From Eledone cirrhosa (lineage: Eukaryota), in NCBI GenBank assembly GCA_964016885.1, contig CAXHJY010000373.1:1-31053 (forward strand): DNA of 31,053 nucleotides, in the 5' to 3' direction. The notes below the pieces were generated by a model. The model did no database searches. It saw only the letters and a list, made by a program, of their open reading frames with translations, and was not told the DNA's origin. Shown piece after piece: positions 1 to 10,185 of the stretch; the stretch's first letter is position 1; each line of letters begins with the position of its first letter. The translations under genes were made by a program, and so were the position numbers.

Positions 1-144
1 GCATGGAGTTACGTCCTTTTACGGTCTGAGTTCAAATACCGCCGAGGTTAACTTTGCCTTTCATCCTCACGGGGTCGATCTAATAAAGTACCAGTAATGT
101 ACTGGGTAATTGCTGGCCTTGTGCCAAAAGTAGAAACAATTATT
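1..144 (+). mobile_element. SINE fragment (tRNA-related type, abundant in Octopus genomes)
   Basis: B-box-like GAGTTCAAAT followed by ACTTTGCCTTTCATCC..GGGGTCGAT..AAGTACCAG and the tail AATTGCTGGCCTTGTGCCAAAAGTAGAAAC. Related pieces recur at about 8782, 11012 and 13850. Family attribution is from memory. Confidence 0.7.
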
Positions 145-261
145 AGAAACATTGCTTCATTTTTACATATCTAAGCATTAGTAAAATAACTAATAATTTC
201 AAAAGTAATTTTTCAATTCCAATTGTTATGAACAGCAAAACATTAATAATAATTTTGTTCT

Positions 262-513
262 AAGAAATATATATACATTTCTGTGTGTGTAATATATATA
301 TATATATATACACACACAGAAATATATAAATTTCTGTGTGTGTAATATATATATATACACACAGAAATATATATACATTTCTGTGTGTGTAATATATATA
401 TATATACACACACAGAAATATATATATATACACACAGAAATATATATACATTTCTGTGTGTGTAATATATATATATATACACACAGAAATATATATACAT
501 TTCTGTGTGTGTA

Positions 514-546
<33 letters not shown>

Positions 547-791
547 GAAATATATATACATTTCTGTGTGTGTAATATATATATATATATACACACACAG
601 AAATATATATACATTTCTGTGTGTATATATATATATACACACAGAAATATATATACATTTCTGTGTGTGTAATATATATATATATACACACACAGAAATA
701 TATATATATACACACAGAAATATATATACATTTCTGTGTGTGTAATATATATATATATACACACAGAAATATATATACATTTCTGTGTGTG

Positions 792-838
<47 letters not shown>

Positions 839-870
839 GAAATATATATACATTTCTGTGTGTGTAATAT
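262..870. repeat. Tandem array of a self-palindromic unit, (TA)n-CACACAGAAAT-ATATATAC-ATTTCTGTGTG
   Basis: About 10 units of roughly 55-60 bp. Each unit has ACACACAGAAAT/ATTTCTGTGTGT inverted arms and is separated from the next by (TA)n. Confidence 0.9.
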
Positions 871-902
871 ATACATATATGAATGTATATATAGTGTATT
901 TT

Positions 903-942
903 GTAATATTTCTGTAGCACCTACATTTGAGTTTTAGGGAAG

Positions 943-992
<50 letters not shown>

Positions 993-1027
993 GAGACAAA
1001 CAGAGAAATGCCCATATATTTCTGTGT

Positions 1028-1092
<65 letters not shown>

Positions 1093-1743
1093 TTGTTGCT
1101 CTGAAATAGCTATATATATATGAATGTATATATAGTGTATTTTGCAATACACTGTATGCTTAATAAAAAGCATTTTGAAGACCTTATGCTATTGTTTTAG
1201 AGTAGTGACAGACTCACTTACTTTAATTTCAGCAAACAGGGGGAGATAAAGCTGACAAGGCCTTGTTTCTACATTTATTGATGCTTATCAAAGCCAACTA
1301 CTCCTCCCGTTTGCTGAAAACAATAGCATAAGGTCTTCAAAATGCTTTTTATTAAGCATACAGTGTATTGCAAAATACACTATATATACATTCATATATA
1401 TATAGCTATTTCAGAGCAACAATTCTAATTTTTAATTTCTGCATGACCGGCAACCGCTCTGTATAATCAGTTCCTGATTATTTACTAGAATTCTATAAGA
1501 ACCAAAACATCCAGGTTTTCAGCAGACAGGAGGAGTAGTTGGCTTTGATAAGCATCAATAAATGCAGAAACAAGGCCTTGTCAGCTTTATCTCCTCCTGT
1601 TTGCTGAAATTAAAGTAAGTGAGTCTGTCACTACTCTAAAACAATAGCATAAGGTCTTCAAAATGCTTTTTATTAAGCATACAGTGTATTGCAAAATACA
1701 CTATATATACATTCATATATATATAGCTATTTCAGAGCAACAA

Positions 1744-1780
<37 letters not shown>

Positions 1781-1885
1781 ACACAGAAATATATGGGCAT
1801 TTCTCTGTTTGTCTCTCTGTCCGTCTGTCTGTCTGTCTGTCTGTCCTTCCCTAAAACTCAAATGTAGGTGCTACAGAAATATTAC
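903..1885. repeat. Long inverted repeat, arms about 903-1320 and 1516-1885, with a third partial copy (1317-1428) in the spacer
   Basis: The arms are near-perfect reverse complements, differing mainly in (TA)n and (GACA)n length. 1317-1428 directly duplicates about 1638-1750. Confidence 0.92.
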
Positions 1886-2065
1886 CTTCCCCTTCCTTTC
1901 TCCACTTTGGTACTACCAAGAGAAACACTGTCGCTATAGAAACATTACCTTCCCCTCTCCACTGACTTTGGTCACTTAGGCCGAGGGAATCGCTGGTTGC
2001 TATAGAGACACCTTGCACAAGCCAGAAGTAACCAGTTCGAGGCGGTTCTGACTTGACACCATGCC

Positions 2066-2264
2066 AAGGATCATTTGAAGGAGTTTGCCATTGAATTTGT
2101 GGTTTGAAGAAGGTTGCCATTGAATTTGTGGTTGTTGCTGCTGATAATAAGGACCATTTGAAGAAGGTTGCCATTGAATTTGTTGTTTGAAGAAGGTTAC
2201 CATTGAATTTGTGGTTGTTGCTGCTGATAATAAGGACCATTTGAAGAAGGTTGCTGCTGATGAG
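2066..2264 (+). repeat. Tandem repeat of mixed 28 and 54 bp units in the Helitron 5' region
   Basis: TTGAAGAAGGTTGCCATTGAATTTGTGGT recurs four times, two of them extended by TGTTGCTGCTGATAATAAGGACCAT. Confidence 0.85.
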
Positions 2265-2621
2265 GTAATTTATTAATCAGATTGCGCAGTTCCATAACCT
2301 ACGTTTTTTCTTCAATTGTTTTTGTTGTTTTTTTTTATTTCTTATTGAAAAAATATAAATAATAAAATAAGGTTAGAAATTTAAATACAATTAAATACGA
2401 TTTAATTTCCATTTCCAGCAGCCAATGTCCAGTGTTCAATTTCATGAAAAAATTGGAAATAATTCAAAAAATTGAAGTTTAACTTTTGAACATTTGTTTT
2501 GACAATAAAAAAAATATTTCCTTATTCACACCTAATGGTATGATTAAAATTTCATAGGAATATTTTTTTCTAACCGCCAGTTATTTAAATATTATTAAAA
2601 ATAAATATTTTTTTTAAAAGA

Positions 2622-5600
2622 ATGGAAGATTTTGTGGATTTTTTTACCACCTTCCAAGCCTTAAACACTCGTGAATTTGTGTTTTGTAATGACCCTCAGG
2701 ACGCTGCTATTGTTGATTCCAATAGTGCCTGGTATTCGAATCTGTTAGTATACAATTTTTTGCATAAAATTAAGGCGCAATTAGAGCTGCCAAACAAAAT
2801 TTTTTTCGGCTTCGGCCCATATTATTTTTGGGAAAATTCTATTGGCTTTAAAGAGTCTGCCTCTGTTGGCGTTATTTGCGACAGTCACCATTTCTTGACT
2901 TTCAAGTTTGATTATGCAGACTCATTACCTGTGCTTGAAAAGCAGCGAAAAGATAGGCAGCGTTCTAGGGCTCAGGAGTCTAAGGACTCAAAAGGCATAA
3001 GGAAGGAAAAAGACCGTGAGCATAAAGATGCTACTCGGCAATCTGAGACTACCGAAGAACGGGAAATCAGATTGAACAAGGACAAAGTTGGGCACTCTGA
3101 GGCTTATAACAATAGGACCTTCAAAAAGGACCCAAAATACTTCCGTATTGCTTTTAAGCCCATAGATGAGGTGGATTTCGACTCGGAGATAATCCACCTC
3201 AAATATAAGGACAATCCGTGTGAGCATTGCGGGGCGTACAAATTGCCCTTAGAGCCACCTGGATTGTGTTGCATGAATGGCAAGGTTAAGCTCCCTGAAT
3301 TTGAACGCCCAGGGGAGGAAATCGCCAGTTTATATGAGGGTAATGACGAATATGCAAAAATGTTCGCTAAATTCTCAAGGTGTCTTAACACAGGATTTGC
3401 CTTCAGTAATATGCACTGTACTGAGCTTCCAATCGGTGAAGTGAAGCCGAGTATGAAAATTCATGGGTTTTCGTATCAAACGATGGTCTCACTTGAGCCG
3501 CAAGCAGGCCAAAGGCCTAGATATGCGCAGGTGCACATCTTTGATAAGGAGACCCAAAAACTCGAGAGGGAAAAATTTGAGTTCGAGCCTCGGTACCGTG
3601 CAATTCTGAACTATATCCAGGCTAAGTTCAATGATTTCATCCCGGATGAGAATATTCTATCAAGAACTTTCAAAACGGGATACGAAATGCTCGAACAGAT
3701 GCCCGAATATAGGCTGGTGTTAGGGGATTGTCTGCCTGCCAATAAAACTCATCTCCTCCCTACGGTGTCTGAAATAGCGGGGCTCTATCAAGAGAAGGAT
3801 ATTAAGGAACTTGGGAGGGTCATTTTAATGAGAAAACGGGCAGGCAAAGAAGGATACGTCCGTGTTGACTTCCTAAGCCCGTTTTATGAACCTCTGGGCT
3901 ATCCCCTTATTTTCAATTATGGCCAGAATGGGTGGAGCCGTTGGAACCCGAAAATAGAAACTGGCCATAAAGAAACTTTGTTGCAGTATATCAAGTACTA
4001 TTTAATGGTCCGGGACAATTTTTTCAACCCTCTTATATTGAGCGGTAATCTGTTGCACCAGTATGCGATAGACATGGAAATGCGTCTGGATTACATTAAT
4101 TTCCAATTTCAGGTTAAGCATCAGCAAAGGATTAAGGGGTCATATAGGTTTGAATCGGTCGACACTCTAAAGGATTGTGAAAATCCTGCAGAGGTTGGAG
4201 TCGGTGTCGTCCTGTCCGAATCGACTCCTGGGACTCCAAGGTGGTACAAAAAATTGTACCGAGATTCAATGGCACTGGTCAGAGAATTTGGATGTCCAGA
4301 CCTTTTTGTGACCATGACCTCCAATCCTAAACTGCCTGAAATAGAAGAATTATCTCGCAATAATAAAGATGAAACTGCAAAATTTAGGCCTGATCTAATT
4401 TGCAGGAGTTTCATGGAACGTGTGAGGCTTCTTTTTGATGTGAAAATCAAAAGAGAGGTATTTTTGGTAAATGTGTTGCATACACTTACAAACAAGAATT
4501 TCAGAAAAGAGACTTCCCACATGTCCACGCTTTAATTTGGTTGGCCGAGGCCGATAAGATTTCATCCACGGAGGATGTTGATAGTCTCATTAGCGCTGAA
4601 ATCCCGACAGGGGATACCAAAAATCAGAAGCTGGGCTATAATTTTGTGATTACAAAAATGATCCACGGTCCTTGCGGTGTTTTTAATCCCCGGTGTCCTT
4701 GTATGAAGCAGTGTAAAAAGTCCAAAAACGGAACTTCTTGCTCTAAGATGTTTCCGAAGGACTATAACAATGCGACCAATTTTAACGAGGCTAACTACCC
4801 TAAATACAGGCGTAGAACGCCCGATAATAATGGTGGACAGGGGGAAATTCATCAGAAAGGTAAAAAAAAGTGTGTGGTAACAAGCAGGGATGTTGTTCCA
4901 CACAATCCTTTTCTTGGGATCATATTTCAGTGCCACATTAACGTAGAGGTGGTGGCCGGGGTCACTATATTTCAATATATTTTAAAATATATACTAAAAG
5001 GTGCCGACCACATCAACTATGAGGTGGAAAAGGTCTGTGATGACCAGGGGAACCTTGTGGATGACCAGCAAAAGGACGAGGTTAGGATATACCTTAACGG
5101 TAGGTATATGTCCAGCGTTGAGGCAATGTGGTGGTTACTCTTCCTGGCCCAATACGGAATGTACCCCTCGATCCTAAAGCTGGATATCCACCTCGAAGGG
5201 AAACAAAAAGTTTTTTATGACCCCAAGTTAGCTAAACCCGATTCAAAAACCCTGGAAAAACTATCCAAGACGAAATTGACCGAATTTTTCACTCTCAATC
5301 GAGAAGATGAAAAGGCCAACAATTTTTTGTATTTGGATATTCCGAAATTTTACGTCTGGATGGTCCAAGAAAGGTTTTGGAAGCATCGAGTACAGGGCGA
5401 GAATGATCCTGAGTTCGGCATGCCAAGGGGTGATCAGATATCCCGCATGCCGAACATTTTACCAAACTCAGGTGGTAATCAGGAAACCTTCGCCCTCTAC
5501 CTTTTGCTTTTAAAAACAAAAGGTCTCAAGTGCTACACCGATCTCAGAACAGTAGGCGATCAAGTTTTACCGACCTTCAAAGAGGCAGCAGTATTCCGCA

Positions 5601-7390
5601 AGCTCATGGAGGCGGACAACGAAATCAGTTTAGTATTGCATGATGCTCAGATTTCGATGATCCCTCGCATGATGCGGAGGATGTTCGCAATGCTTATCCA
5701 CTTTTGGAAGCCGACTGACGCCCTGTCACTGTGGAATGACCACAAAGACTGGATGTCACATGATTTAGCCCGAGCAGACCCCACTGCTGATGTGGATATC
5801 ATACACAATAGGGCATTGCACCAGGTTTACGCTTACCTGCTAAATTACGGCACCAAAATGGATACTTGCAACCTTCCCCAGCCAATCGAGGAGGTTAGAG
5901 TGCCCGAGAATCAGAAAATTGGGATTTCTTATGAGAGCACAGCAAGCTCGGAGTCCATTTTGGAGGTTGAAAACGCCCTGAATGCTGATCAGCGGGCGCT
6001 CTATGACTCCCTATTGGAATCGGTGAGGCAGAATTCGGGAAAAAACTTTTTCGTGGACGCACCCGGGGGAACTGGCAAGACTTATCTTATCAATGTGATT
6101 GTAGAAAAGGTTGCCAGTGAGGGTTACAAGGTGACTGCTTGCGCCTCATCTGGCATTGCGGCACTATTGCTTAAAGGCGGCACAACCTTGCACTCAAGGA
6201 TGAAGTTGCCTTTGAATCCGCAAGATAAAACAGCGATTAGTATCCAGAAGGGATCAAAACTCGCAAAGGGACTTGCGAAACTTGACCTGATTATTTGGGA
6301 CGAGGCCCCCATGTTCAGTAGGGACCTGATGGAGTTTTTGGATAAAACTCTAAGATTCATCCGGGGAGGGGTGGAACCATCCAAGAAAACCTTCGGATGT
6401 GTTACCATGCTACTCTCCGGCGATTGGCGACAAGTTCTCCCAGTTGTTCCTAATGGAGAACGACCACAAATTGTCGCTTCTACTTTAAAAAATCACCCAT
6501 CGTGGGATACTTTCAACATTTTCAAGTTGAATACAAACATGAGGGTCAACGGGGTCGATCAGGCTTCCATTGATTTTAAAGCCCTCCTTTTGAGGATTGG
6601 GGATGGTGTCGCCAATCGCAGACAGGACAATCGGAGGACCCACGACTTTGAAGTTCCCCCTCAGTTTCTCATGACAGGTGACACGCCTGACCCATTGATA
6701 GATAGGATATACCCTAATGTGTCAACTAGGTTGGGCGAGAATGATTATGTGAATTGGGTGACCGATCGCGCAATCATTACTCCCACGAATAAGGATGTAG
6801 ACGAGATCAATCAAAAAGTCCTTGACAGATTGCTCGGTAGGGAAATAGTAATCCCTTCGTTTGATCATAACCACGAGCAAACATACCGAAAGCATCATGT
6901 TTCAGTGGACACTTTGAACTCGATGGTTCTTCCTGGAATGCCGGATCACCTTTTGAAACTGAAGATAGGTGCTCCGGTTATTCTGCTCAGAAACATATGT
7001 CCCGCCGAGGGACATTGCAGCGGTACTCAATACGTTGTAAAAAATATCCACCCACGAATACTCGAACTCGAAGTAGCGGTGGGCCCTCGGAAGGGACAAT
7101 TGTTTCATTTGCCTAGAATTGAGCTTCATAGCGAAGAAGGGGGGGGGGTTCCATTCGATTTTTAACGGAAACAGTTTCCTGTTAAATTATCGTTTGCGAT
7201 GACCTCCAACAAATCACAAGGGCAGACCATTACCCATGTTGGTATAAGCTGCCTGAATGATTTCTTTTCGCATGGCCAGTTCTATGTTGCAATAAGCAGG
7301 GTAACAAATCCGGCAAATGTTACGATTTTAGTTCCCGAAAACCAGAATGGTGTAGTAAAAAATGTCTTTCCTGAGGTTTTTAGGAACTAA
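2622..7390 (+). pseudogene. Helitron Rep-helicase (HUH Rep + PIF1-like SF1B helicase), disrupted by one frameshift (about 4445-4460) and an in-frame TAA (7163-7165)
   Basis: N-terminal CEHC..CCMNG Zn motif. Rep motif 1 FVTMTSNP and RPDL. After the frameshift, EFQKRDFPHVH (HUH motif 2) and YILKY (motif 3). Helicase motifs APGGTGKT, DEAPM, GDWRQVLPV, NMR, LKIGAPVILLRN. After the stop, RKQFPVKLSFAMTSNKSQGQT and FSHGQFYVAISRV continue in the same frame. Confidence 0.96.
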
Positions 7391-7410
7391 AGTGTAACAA
7401 TGTATTCATC

Positions 7411-7533
7411 GTTTATGCCAAACTGATGAGTCCTAAAAAGGACGAAATACCTTATTTTTTTTTAAAACGAAATCGAGGAGAAACAACCTTTCTAATTCTG
7501 ATTTTGTTAAAAATTGAGGTATCTTTGGCTAAC
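7411..7533 (+). ncRNA. Type I hammerhead ribozyme with a long stem III; predicted cleavage after C7523 (AUC)
   Basis: Stem I GCCAAA 7417-7422 / TTTGGC 7524-7529. Core CTGATGA 7423-7429. Stem II GTCCT-AAAA-AGGAC 7430-7443. Core GAAA 7444-7447. Stem III TACCTTA 7448-7454 / TGAGGTA 7515-7521, then TC 7522-7523. Confidence 0.9.
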
Positions 7534-8438
7534 AAAATTAAATTCTAATTAAAATATTAATAGGAAAAAAATTCAAACAAAGTGCTGATTGACTCGCTTG
7601 GTAATTGACTCTGTTGATAATTGGCTTTCTTGATAACTCTCTTGATGCTTCTCATCTCTTGGTAATTTTAAAATATTAATTAAAAATAATAATTATTCAA
7701 CAAATTATTATATAAGCTTTATAAAAAAAATAGATATACAAAACTGATATACAAAAATAGATATACATATCTGTCTGTCTGTCTGTCTGTGTCTGTGATG
7801 CAGCAACTTTTGATCCGCAAAGCCGATTTTCAATTTTTTTTTTGTAATCAACCATAAATTTATCAGGGCAGGTCGGCACAATATTGCGAATAATTGACAA
7901 CCGCTTTTTTTAGGTAAAAAATCGATAAAACTGACAATGAGTCAACTTTGCACAGGTTTCTTCCAATCTCGCACTACAGGCTGTGTGTGTGTCGACATCT
8001 GTTTTTAATGATGGTTCATATATCCTATTTCTTTGAAATTTTTTTACAGAGCTTCTTCTAGCATAAGACCTGTAATTGAGCGGCACAGGTTTTCAAAAAT
8101 CGATATTGCGTCCTTTGGAGATATATCAAAATTTGGATTATTTTTGCCAATGTTCGTGATTAAGTATGACAAGAGTTATCTTTCTCCGCGACCAGCGTCT
8201 CCGATTTCGAACGCTGGTTTACACACACATACATTAAAAGTTATTTAAGTTTATGCCATCACGCGCTTTTAATGTTGTAAAAAAAATGTTTACCGGATAA
8301 CGGATAACACCGAGCTCACATATTAATTATTTCGCTGGAATAGTGCCTAAAGTTTTCATGTTTACATAAAGTACGTATTTCTTCTATGTATTCAAATTTA
8401 CTTTGTTTACTTTAATGAGCTACATCGAATGCTACTTC

Positions 8439-8466
8439 ACCCGTCCAAAGGACGGGTACTAGATAG
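8439..8466 (+). terminator. Helitron 3' terminal hairpin and CTRR-like end
   Basis: Perfect 8-bp stem ACCCGTCC/GGACGGGT with an AAA loop, followed by ACTAGATAG. The end is CTAG at 8462 or a degenerate ATAG at 8466. Confidence 0.8.
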
Positions 8467-9127
8467 TCTACTTATAATATATAATGGGCATTTCTCTGTT
8501 TGTTTGTCTGTCTGTCCGTCTGAAATTTACACACCTATAGACACGGTTTCAAATCTCTATGCTTTTCAAATTCATCTACTTATAATATATAATAGGCATT
8601 TCTCTGTTTGTTTGTCTGTCTGTCCGTCTGTAAAAAATGCCAAGGAAACAAATAGACGCGGTTTCAAATCTCTATGCTTTTCAAATTCATTACATTAATC
8701 TTTATTTATACGTTTCACTTTACGAGTGTTTCGACTTACGAGTGTTTCGGCTTACGAGTGTTTCGGCTTATCATGCACTGGTTAATTGCTGGCCTTGTGC
8801 CTAAAGTAGAAACAATTATATATAAACGTTTCTATTTCCATCGTTTTATCGTAAACGTTTATATATTTCCATCGTTATATCATAACGTTTATGTATCATA
8901 ACGTTTATATTTCCGTCACTAATCTCTTTTTCTCCTTCGTTTTAACATATATTTATTTCAAAGATTTCACCGTATAGATAACATATATATTTATACATGC
9001 ATAAAAGATACACCGAGAGACGGTGAACATGTGGTGCCGAAAACATTTCTCATCCAAATCTCAACAATATCAGTATATACACTAGATTTGCTAGCAGAAA
9101 ACCGCCCACCGGGTGGCTTTCTGCTAG
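8467..9127 (+). mobile_element. Rearranged non-autonomous Helitron with a duplicated 5' head
   Basis: TCTACTTATAATATATAAT(G/A)GGCATTTCTCTGTTTGTTTGTCTGTCTGTCCGTCTG occurs at 8467 and about 8575 and resembles the head at 1745. It ends in a GC hairpin plus CTAG at 9127 and contains a SINE tail and short tandem repeats. Confidence 0.55.
8720..8770 (+). repeat. 16-bp tandem repeat, about three copies (TTACGAGTGTTTCGRC)
   Basis: Directly visible. Confidence 0.85.
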
Positions 9128-9420
9128 TCTATATATATAAAACTGAGGATGTCTGTCTGTGTGTGTGTGAGTTTGAATCCCTAAAACTCGAGAACCACCC
9201 AACCGACTGTTTTCAAATTTTACACATGTAATACTTATGTTTCAGGGAGTGTTCTGAGCAAAATTAAATTCAAATTTTCAATGCCCTATGGACCGCATTA
9301 GGCGATTTAGCGATCTCTCTCTATAATTCTTAGTCTTTCTCTTTTTAGATAGATACATACATATAATATTTGTCTGTATGTCTGCCTGTCTGCATTACGT
9401 TACTTCCCTGAGGATGTCTG

Positions 9421-9476
<56 letters not shown>

Positions 9477-10067
9477 TGTGAGTTTGAATCCCTAAAACTC
9501 GAGAGGTACTCAACCGATTTTTTTTAAACTTCACATGTGTATTACTTATGTTTCAGGGAGTGTTATGCACATAAAAAGATTCAACTTTTTGATCTCCTAG
9601 GGCTCGCATTAGGTGAAAAACTGCGTTTTTAAAGCTTTGGGGGGGGGTTAGGCGTTACGTCAGGCCGATTTCCTTGAAATTGTAACTATATATTAGTCAG
9701 TCTCTTCTTCATACCGTGAGCAAAGAAAATCCAACTTTGTTATGGCCCAGGGTCTGCATTAGGTGAAAAACTTCATTGTTTCAGCTTTTTATGGCGTTTT
9801 GGAGGCGTTACGTCTAGCCGATTTTCCCGAAATTTCAAGGCATATTATGCACATAAAAAAATATATTTTCTTGATCCCCTAGGGCCCCGCATTAGGTGAA
9901 AACCTGCATTTTTCCTGCTTCATCGAGGAAAATCTTAAAGATTATCCAGCCATCAGAGTATTCGGTTTATTTTCTTGTCCAGGCATGCAGTTTTTCCACA
10001 ATTAGGTCTGTTGGCGGCCCGCGTTCCAAAATACCTTATCCCGTGCAACGCCAGGTACCACTGCTAG
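9128..10067 (+). mobile_element. Non-autonomous Helitron
   Basis: 5' TCTATATATATAAAACTGAGGATGTCTGTCTG; 3' CCCGTGCAACGCCAGGTACCACTGCTAG followed by T. The head is duplicated internally (about 9143 and 9408) and GCATTAGGTGAAAA blocks recur. No ORF. Confidence 0.85.
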
Positions 10068-10185
10068 TAATATTATAAAATTAAATCAAATTATTTAACA
10101 CTACAAGTGAAGTCATTCTTCTCCTTTTTTTCAAATATACCTAACTGTACCAAAGATCTCACACATTTTCCAATATATATATATA

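Larger units (their letters stand above)
1745..8466 (+). mobile_element. Helitron (rolling-circle DNA transposon) carrying RepHel; boundaries approximate, possibly composite
   Basis: 5' TC-TAATATATA..GGGCATTTCTCTG-(GTCT)n-CCCTAAAACTC head; RepHel gene; 3' hairpin ACCCGTCC-AAA-GGACGGGT (8439-8457) followed by ACTAGATAG. The base before the 5' TC is T rather than the canonical A, so the left end is uncertain. Confidence 0.7.

Noticed and set aside
262-870. CRISPR-like array of palindromic repeats
   Set aside because: The spacers are only (TA)n, there are no cas genes, and the context is eukaryotic.
226-1147. Y/I-rich ORFs on the minus strand
   Set aside because: Artefacts of the (TA)n and palindromic repeats.
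2257-2300. CTGATGAG as another hammerhead core
   Set aside because: No GAAA follows a stem II, and no stems I or III are present.
4440-4465. Programmed ribosomal frameshift in RepHel
   Set aside because: No canonical slippery heptamer with a downstream structure; a simple indel is more likely given the second lesion.
2988-7129. Antisense ORFs within RepHel
   Set aside because: Short shadow ORFs with no recognisable motifs.
2622-7390. Host PIF1 gene, or a Helentron with an endonuclease
   Set aside because: The helicase is fused to an HUH Rep, has no C-terminal APE domain, and nearby ends are of the TC/hairpin-CTAG type.
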